Part shown: piece after piece, positions 57,773 to 64,000 of the stretch
How positions within the stretch are numbered: position 1 is the first letter of the stretch
How the letters are laid out: the number at the start of each line of letters is the position of its first letter
NCBI GenBank assembly: GCA_014360565.1
Contig: JACIXH010000004.1
Location: 14,429-78,428 of the forward strand
Reading direction: 5' to 3'
DNA length: 64,000 nucleotides
DNA from: Nocardia sp.
GTDB lineage: Bacteria; Actinomycetota; Actinomycetes; Mycobacteriales; Mycobacteriaceae
Translations under genes and position numbers: made by a program
The notes under the pieces: generated by a model
What the model saw: the letters and a program-made list of their open reading frames with translations, nothing else
Database searches by the model: none
Told to the model about the DNA's origin: nothing

Positions 57773-58747
57773 CTATTTCGGTGGTGTATCCACCACGGCG
57801 GCGCTGCGGCGCCAGTCGCGTGGCGTCATGCCGAATGCTTCGCGGAATCGCCGGGCGAAGTGGGCGGCGTCGCGGAAACCCACAGCACCGGCCACCACCG
57901 CGATGGACCGCTGAGCGTAGCCTCTGTCGATCAGCATGTCGCGGGCCCGGACCAGGCGTTGTTCGATGATCCACTGCTCGAGGCTGATTCCCGACTGGGC
58001 ACAAACCTTGTACAGGTGCCGAACGGAGATATTGTTGGCGGCGGCGATGCCCGGGATCTTCAAGCTCGAATCCGACAGGTGTGTGCGCACATACCCGAGG
58101 ATCTGTTCGATCAGCAGTTGCTCCGGAATGGCGGCGCCGTCACCGGGCCCGCGCCCGGCCGCCGAGATCAGTAGTGCCCGCACCATTTCCAGGCACGACT
58201 CACCCACAGACGCGGCGGCCGGGTCGGTTTCGAGCTGGTCGGCGATCCCGACGAGATGCTGTATCTGCGCGGTGACCATCGGGTACAGCGGCGATGCCGC
58301 CAGTCGCCCGTGCGCCGCCACCACAGTTTCCGCGGAAATGCCGAGGCGCTCCCTGGACAGCTGCAGGCACAGCGTTCCGCCGAGACCGTGCCAACCGGAG
58401 GCGAACGTGGTGGCCAGGTCGATCACTTCGCAGGCGCCGGGTTCGATCAACGTTTGCGCACCGAACTGTTCGTGCCTGCGAACCTGCCCGTTCTGAACTG
58501 TCACCGTCAGAGTGTCACTGGGCGTGGATCGCTCGTGCCGAGGAGTCCGCCAGACCTGGTGACCGGACACCTCGGAACGAGTGAGCGCGATCGGACCCAG
58601 CATCCAGGCCTGGTGCCTGCTGACCACTTCGGCCGGCGAATCCCACATCCGCAGGTTCGCCGCGATATCGGCTTCCTGCAGGATCGCGGTGACCGCCTCC
58701 CGACGGTCCGCCGGCGTGAAGTAGTCGGAGTCGATCAGCACTGCCAT
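57773..58747 (-). CDS. AraC family regulator (FeaR-like ligand-binding domain)
   Basis: IAAANNISVRHLYK, GFRDAAHFARRFREAFGMTPRDWR. Confidence 0.9.
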   Translation of the reverse strand: MAVLIDSDYFTPADRREAVTAILQEADIAANLRMWDSPAEVVSRHQAWMLGPIALTRSEVSGHQVWRTPRHERSTPSDTLTVTVQNGQVRRHEQFGAQTLIEPGACEVIDLATTFASGWHGLGGTLCLQLSRERLGISAETVVAAHGRLAASPLYPMVTAQIQHLVGIADQLETDPAAASVGESCLEMVRALLISAAGRGPGDGAAIPEQLLIEQILGYVRTHLSDSSLKIPGIAAANNISVRHLYKVCAQSGISLEQWIIEQRLVRARDMLIDRGYAQRSIAVVAGAVGFRDAAHFARRFREAFGMTPRDWRRSAAVVDTPPK

Positions 58748-58918
58748 TGGTGATCTCCACTTCGGGTTCTCGCCGGCGGTGGAGTCCCTCCCGTCGCCGG
58801 CCGCTGCGCGTTTCGGGTGATGGCATTTCAGGCGAATGTGATTGCACGGGCCTGTAGTCGGCGATGCTATCGCGCCGTGGCGCGCCCTGAGCCCGATTCG
58901 GCAGGGTTGCGCACCGAC

Positions 58919-59551
58919 TTACCCTCGCGCAGCGGCGGGTTCCCTTGCCGCGGTGGGCCGCAACGCCAGGATTCGGCGTTCGGCAGCCGTCGCCGTCGCA
59001 GCCCATTCCGGCCGCAATGCCGCGTAGGTGCACACGTCGCGCCACCGACCCTGGGTTCGGTACAGCTGCCGCAGCCGCGCCTCCGGCGTCAAGCCCACTC
59101 CCGCCATCACCGTGTCCATCACCGGATGATCGTGCCGATGCCCCGCCCACACCCGGTGGATCCCGAGCGGCCCGAAGGCGAAGGCCGCCATGAGCCGCCC
59201 CGCCTCGATACCACCCGCACGCAACGCCCCTTCCGGAACGACGACCAGCCCGCCGAGCATCGCGTTGCTGCCGAAATCCTCTACCAGCAGGCTGATGGTG
59301 CCGACCATGGTGTCCTCGCCCGGTGCCGTGATCGCCAGCGTGTACTTGCGGCGCGAGATCTCGCCGCGGGCACACAGGGCGGCGTCGAACGACGCAGCGG
59401 CCGCCTGGACACCCATGCTGTCGGTGCCCATATATCGGGTCAGGTGCGGATCGGTGAAGATCCGCTGATAGACGCCGACATCACCGGCACGCAGATCACG
59501 CAACCGCAGCCGCGAGCCGACCAGTTCCACATCGCGCAGGTCGATCGTCAA
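58919..59551 (-). CDS. GNAT, RimJ/RimL-like
   Basis: RLRLRDL, AFGPLGIHRVWA, GLTPEARLRQ...GRWRD; TTGA overlap with ThiF. Confidence 0.82.
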   Translation of the reverse strand: MTIDLRDVELVGSRLRLRDLRAGDVGVYQRIFTDPHLTRYMGTDSMGVQAAAASFDAALCARGEISRRKYTLAITAPGEDTMVGTISLLVEDFGSNAMLGGLVVVPEGALRAGGIEAGRLMAAFAFGPLGIHRVWAGHRHDHPVMDTVMAGVGLTPEARLRQLYRTQGRWRDVCTYAALRPEWAATATAAERRILALRPTAAREPAAARG

Positions 59552-60726
59552 CGGACTTCCTCCATCGTGCGCGCGAAGGCCGGAGCGATCTGTTGTCCGA
59601 GCGCGGGTATGAGCTCGTCGAGGTCGATGTAGGTTCGCCCGGACGGGATCAGCTCGCCGAGCAGGATCCGGCGGGCGGTGTCGGTCACCAAGGCGCCGCC
59701 GAGCATCACCCCGGAGGCCAGTTGTGGCCAGCTGGACAGGCTCCGGCCGATCTCGTCGACGGCGTCGCGCATCGCCGGACTCAGCCGCGGCTCATCGACC
59801 ATCGCCAGCAGCAACGACAGCAGCTCGCCCCGGTCCATCCTCGCGACATCGGACGCGGTCGACCCGCCGGTGCGGCCGTGGAACAGCGGGCGATCGAGTT
59901 CGAGATCGAAGCGCTCCACATCCAGCAAGCCGCGATCATTGGTGTCCATCAGCACCGGGACCCCTCGGCGCCGCGCGTACTCACGCGCAGCGACTTTCGC
60001 CCACACCGTGTCGCATTCCTCCACCAACAGATCCAGCGGCCCGGCGCCGCCCACTCCATCGAAGAACGGCCCGATCGATTCCTCGGTCAGCCCGTCGACG
60101 AACACCTCGATGTCGAGATAGGGGTCGATCTCGAACATCTGGCGCGCCGCCAGCACAGCCTTGGCCACCCCCAGATCGCTGACCCCGGCCCGCAACCGGT
60201 TCAGATTCGACAGCCCGACGGTGTCGAAGTCGGCCAATCGGAACGATCCGCCGACCCCTTCCATCGCCAGCGTCACCGCCGCGCTGCTGCCCACCGACAG
60301 CCCGATTACCCCGATCCGCCGCTCGCGCAGGTCTCGCTGCTGCGCTCGCTCGATCTTGTTGCGGTTGCGATCGGTGCGCACCCGCTGGAAACTCTCGCTC
60401 GGCAGCACATGCACCAACCGGCCGTTCCACGGATAGAACACCCATGTTCCCCACTGCCACAACGGAGTCTCGCCGCTGATCCGACGGCGCGACGCGGCCA
60501 GCGAGCTCGTCGAGTGCGCGAGGGCGGGTTCCTCGCAGCGGATCAGTTCGTCGAGTTGATCTTCGATCGTGTCGTGCACCGCGCTGACAGAACTCGACGC
60601 TGCCAGCGCTTCCAGATCACGCAGTCCCTCCCGGCTCGATGCATCGAGGAGCACAGGACGGAAATGCGATGTTGCAGCGCGGGGCGTGAGTACCGCCGGG
60701 CGCAGAACCGAGTGTTGCCGAACCAT
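59548..60726 (-). CDS. ThiF/MoeB family adenylyltransferase, Rv1355c (MoeY)-like N-terminal part
   Basis: WVFYPW, RTDRNRNKI, IGLSVG, LADFDT..SNLNR, EECD, DVERFD, WPQLAS. Confidence 0.87.
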   Translation of the reverse strand: MVRQHSVLRPAVLTPRAATSHFRPVLLDASSREGLRDLEALAASSSVSAVHDTIEDQLDELIRCEEPALAHSTSSLAASRRRISGETPLWQWGTWVFYPWNGRLVHVLPSESFQRVRTDRNRNKIERAQQRDLRERRIGVIGLSVGSSAAVTLAMEGVGGSFRLADFDTVGLSNLNRLRAGVSDLGVAKAVLAARQMFEIDPYLDIEVFVDGLTEESIGPFFDGVGGAGPLDLLVEECDTVWAKVAAREYARRRGVPVLMDTNDRGLLDVERFDLELDRPLFHGRTGGSTASDVARMDRGELLSLLLAMVDEPRLSPAMRDAVDEIGRSLSSWPQLASGVMLGGALVTDTARRILLGELIPSGRTYIDLDELIPALGQQIAPAFARTMEEVR

Positions 60727-61130
60727 GTGTGCGCAAACCTCCGACCCTCATGAGCGAACGGGAACCCGCTCGTCTCTGTCGACCAGGACGCGCAAAGGAT
60801 ACAGTCAGCACACCTCCAGCAAACCAACCTCCGGTTCACCGGCATGGCGTGATCAAACCTCCGCCAAACTGGGACAATGTCCGCCCGAGTCGGACGTGAC
60901 AATCGGCCGTATCCATGCGACTTGCGCAGTCTCGCAATGATCCCGCAAGCTTTGATCTCCGGGACCTCGGCGGCAACGACCGCGCACTGCCGTCCCGCCC
61001 GCTCCGGCAGGGATGAGCACGCAGCCCTGTCGTCGGGCTCGCTCCTCGACGCCCTCGTCAGCGTGGTAGCGGATGGAGGATGGTGGTCGGATGGCGGCTT
61101 GTCGTCGCGCCCGGCGATAGACTCGACGCG

Positions 61131-61754
61131 ATGAAACCGCTATCGAAGACGTCGAGCAGCGACGCAGGCTCCGATACGCGCCGGCGGATTCTCGCTGCCG
61201 CGGTCGAGATGGCGGAGACAACCGGACTGCGCAAAGTATCGATGGACGAGATCGCGCGCCGTGCCCGCGTCGGCAGAGCGACGCTCTACCTGCACTTCTC
61301 CGGTCGCGACAATCTGATCTCGGCCATGATCGACGACCAGCTGGCACGGTTCTTCGCAGACGTGCAGACCGTTCTCGACCGGTACGACAGCGGCGAGGAT
61401 CGGCTGATTTACGGGTTCGCCCACGCCTTCCGGCTGCTGTCGGGCAATGCGGCGTTGCGCACCGTCCTCGCGGTGAATCCGGAGATCTTGCAGCCGGCGA
61501 TCATCGGCGACAGCCAGGCGCTGCTGATGGGACGGATATTGGTCGAATCGGCCATGGGCACCGAAGACCTGCCCGCCGAGTCACGCTCGTTGTTCGCCGA
61601 GCATGTCGCCCGGATGTTCCACACCTACGTGCTGATCCCGACAAAGCTGATCGACATGGCCGTGCCGGGCATCGCCGAAGACTTCGCGCGGCAGTTCCTG
61701 CTCCCGGTCCGGGATCACCTGCTCGCGAACGCCCACGACACGAGTGCTCACTGA
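61131..61754 (+). CDS. TetR/AcrR family regulator
   Basis: VSMDEIARRARVGRATLYLHF. Confidence 0.9.
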   Translation: MKPLSKTSSSDAGSDTRRRILAAAVEMAETTGLRKVSMDEIARRARVGRATLYLHFSGRDNLISAMIDDQLARFFADVQTVLDRYDSGEDRLIYGFAHAFRLLSGNAALRTVLAVNPEILQPAIIGDSQALLMGRILVESAMGTEDLPAESRSLFAEHVARMFHTYVLIPTKLIDMAVPGIAEDFARQFLLPVRDHLLANAHDTSAH

Positions 61755-61792
61755 CCGCCCGGTGTGGGCGACCAGCGAGCACACGGCATCAC

Positions 61793-63064
61793 TCAGTCCG
61801 CGAGTAGACCCTTGGCGACGTGGGTCACCTGGATCTCATTGCTGCCCGCGTAGATCATCAGCGACTTCGCATCCCGAGCCAGCTGCTCGACCCGGTACTC
61901 GGCCATGTAGCCGTTACCGCCGAACAACTGCACCGCCTCCATGGCGACATCGGTGGCCGCCTTGGTGGAGTACAGCTTCATCGCCGACGCTTGCGCGAGG
62001 GTCGGGAACTTGCCGGCGGCGAAGCTCTCGAGCGCGTTGAAGACCATGTTCTCGACATTGAGCCGGGCGACCTCCATCTCGGCCAGCTTCAGCTGGACCA
62101 GTTGGAAGCGACCGATCTCCTGGCCCCACAGCTTGCGCGACTTGGCGTAGTCGACGCACAGGCGGTGGCATTCGTTGATGATGCCCATCGACAAGATCGC
62201 GCACCCGACGCGTTCGACGACGAAACTCGACCGCGCGCTCTCGCGACCGTCGCCACCCTTGTGTTCCTCGGTCTCGCCGAGCAGGCGATCCTTGCTCAGG
62301 CGCACGTTGTCGAAGAACAATTCACCGGTGGGCGAGGAGTGCATGCCCATCTTCTTGAACGGCTTGCCCTGGGTGAAGCCCTCCATGCCCTTGTCGAGCA
62401 CGAATGTCAGCACCTTGCGCTCACGCTTGTCGCCGCCGTCGCCCTCGTCGAGTTTGGCGTAGACGACAACGGTATCGGCGAAGGGACCGTTGGTGATGAA
62501 GGTCTTCTGACCGTTGAGCAGGTAATCCTCGCCATCGCGGCGCACGTAGGTCTTCATCCCACCGAACGCGTCGGAACCGGAATCGGATTCGGTGATCGCC
62601 CACGCCGCGACCTTGTCCAGGGTCACGATGTCCTTGAGCCAGCGCCGCTTCTGCGCGAGGGTGCCGCGCGAGACAATGGTCGCCGCGCCGAGACCAAGGC
62701 TGACGCCGACGGCGGCGACGCTGCCGAGGGTGACGCCGGTCAGCTCGCTGACCACCACCGCGGCCATACTGCCCTGCGCGGCGAGCGGGTTGGCGCCACT
62801 GCGCTTGTTGTCGGAGGGCTTCTTCTCGGGTGCGGGCTCGCCCGCGGCGATCCGGTCGGCCTTGGCCTGTTCTTTGGCCAGCATCTTGTCCACGGCCTCG
62901 GCGGCCATGACATCGATACCGAAGTCGGCGAACAGCTTTCGCATGATGTCGTAGGGCGGCAGGTCGCCGTGTTCGAGTTCGTCGAGGTGGGGACGAACTT
63001 CCTTGTCGATGAACGCGCGCACGGAGTCGCGGATCATCTCATCGGTCTCAGACCATTCGAACAT
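61793..63064 (-). CDS. acyl-CoA dehydrogenase
   Basis: AITESDSGSD, NGQKTFITNG, QLFGGNGY, IYAGSNEIQ. Confidence 0.93.
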   Translation of the reverse strand: MFEWSETDEMIRDSVRAFIDKEVRPHLDELEHGDLPPYDIMRKLFADFGIDVMAAEAVDKMLAKEQAKADRIAAGEPAPEKKPSDNKRSGANPLAAQGSMAAVVVSELTGVTLGSVAAVGVSLGLGAATIVSRGTLAQKRRWLKDIVTLDKVAAWAITESDSGSDAFGGMKTYVRRDGEDYLLNGQKTFITNGPFADTVVVYAKLDEGDGGDKRERKVLTFVLDKGMEGFTQGKPFKKMGMHSSPTGELFFDNVRLSKDRLLGETEEHKGGDGRESARSSFVVERVGCAILSMGIINECHRLCVDYAKSRKLWGQEIGRFQLVQLKLAEMEVARLNVENMVFNALESFAAGKFPTLAQASAMKLYSTKAATDVAMEAVQLFGGNGYMAEYRVEQLARDAKSLMIYAGSNEIQVTHVAKGLLAD

Positions 63065-63089
63065 CGTGTCTCACTCCATAATTCGTAGG

Positions 63090-63971
63090 TCAGGGCAGAC
63101 GCGCGGCGATGTCGTCGATCGACCACGCCTCGTCGGTCTCGATGGTCTTGACGTCGTGCCAGCCGGCGAGTTCGCTGATCGCGCCGCCCTGCACCGCGAA
63201 CACCTTGCCGTTGACCGGGCACTTCTCCCCTGCCAGGTATGCCACGAGGGGGGAGATGTTGGCCGGGCTGAACGCGTCGAAGCTGCCCTCGGCCTCGGCG
63301 TCGGCGGCCTCGGCGGCCATCAGCGCACCCATACCGGGGGTGGCCAGCGTCAGACGGGTCCGCGCGATCGGGGCGATCGCGTTGGCCCGCACGCCGTAGC
63401 GCTCGAGCTCGTCGGCCGCGACCAGGGTCAGCGCCGCGATCGCGGCCTTGGCCGCGCCGTAGTTGGACTGGCCCGCGTTGGGCATGGTCACACCCGACGC
63501 CGACGCGGTGTTGATGATCGCCGCATTGGGCTGACGGCCCGCCTTCGACTCGGCTTTCCAATAAGCCGAGGCGTGGTGGATGACCGAGAAGTGGCCTTTG
63601 AGATGCACCGCGACCACGGCGTCCCAGTCCGACTCCGCCATGGCGGGGATGAACCCGTCGCGCAGGATGCCCGCGTTGTTGACGACGATGTCGAGCTTGC
63701 CGAACTCGGCGACGGCCTGGGCGATCAGCGCCTGCGCACCCGCCCAGGTGGCGACGTTGTCGGTGTTGGCAACCGCGCGACCACCGGCGGCGACGATCTC
63801 GTTCGCCACTTCCTGCGCCGGGCCCACATCGATACCGTCCCCGCTGTTGCTGCCACCGAGATCGTTCACCACGACCGCGGCGCCCTCGCGGGCGAACAGC
63901 AGCGCGTGCTCACGTCCGATGCCGCGACCGGCACCGGTGATGACGGCGACCCGTCCTTCCAAGGCACCCAT
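63090..63971 (-). CDS. SDR family oxidoreductase
   Basis: TGAGRGIG, VVVNDLG, NNAG, YGAAK. Confidence 0.92.
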   Translation of the reverse strand: MGALEGRVAVITGAGRGIGREHALLFAREGAAVVVNDLGGSNSGDGIDVGPAQEVANEIVAAGGRAVANTDNVATWAGAQALIAQAVAEFGKLDIVVNNAGILRDGFIPAMAESDWDAVVAVHLKGHFSVIHHASAYWKAESKAGRQPNAAIINTASASGVTMPNAGQSNYGAAKAAIAALTLVAADELERYGVRANAIAPIARTRLTLATPGMGALMAAEAADAEAEGSFDAFSPANISPLVAYLAGEKCPVNGKVFAVQGGAISELAGWHDVKTIETDEAWSIDDIAARLP

Positions 63972-64000
63972 GCTTACTCCTTCGTTCACAGTCTCGGTCG

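Noticed and set aside
60727-61130. Microcin C-type precursor peptide for the ThiF enzyme
   Set aside because: No short RBS-led ORF ending in Asn was found in the part read closely (about 60727-60870), and the ThiF motifs are Rv1355c-like rather than MccB-like
61793-63971. SDR/acyl-CoA dehydrogenase as ketosphinganine reductase or tailoring genes of the PKS
   Set aside because: A typical lipid beta-oxidation pair more than 6 kb away beyond a TetR; nothing ties it to the PKS

Overview
High-GC actinobacterial chromosome segment. Gene order and protein style fit the Mycobacteriales, most likely Nocardia (inference). The left half is the conserved backbone thrS-HIT-pgsA-patA-pimA-NUDIX...pdxS...tesB-pdxT-yebC...ruvCAB...yajC-secDF-ABC lipoprotein, interrupted by small accessory inserts: FMO/TetR, a 4x DivIVA-repeat protein, a macro domain, an IMPase-like protein, TauE, a Cmx-type MFS and an AlkZ-like glycosylase. 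The right half is largely accessory. It holds two tandem SulP-beta-carbonic anhydrase fusions under a perfect CRP box, a hypothetical-MoxR-vWA/metallopeptidase triad, a long GAPDH with an in-frame amber codon, and MmpL/MarR. The best candidate for a novel system is a GNAT + single-module fully reducing PKS (no thioesterase) + PLP alpha-oxoamine synthase operon that looks like a sphingoid/amino-lipid pathway. It is followed by a secreted cutinase and a truncated Rv1355c-type ThiF + RimL-type GNAT + AraC + XRE module. No tRNA/rRNA, CRISPR array or transposase was recognised. All calls come from reading motifs by eye; no database search was run.
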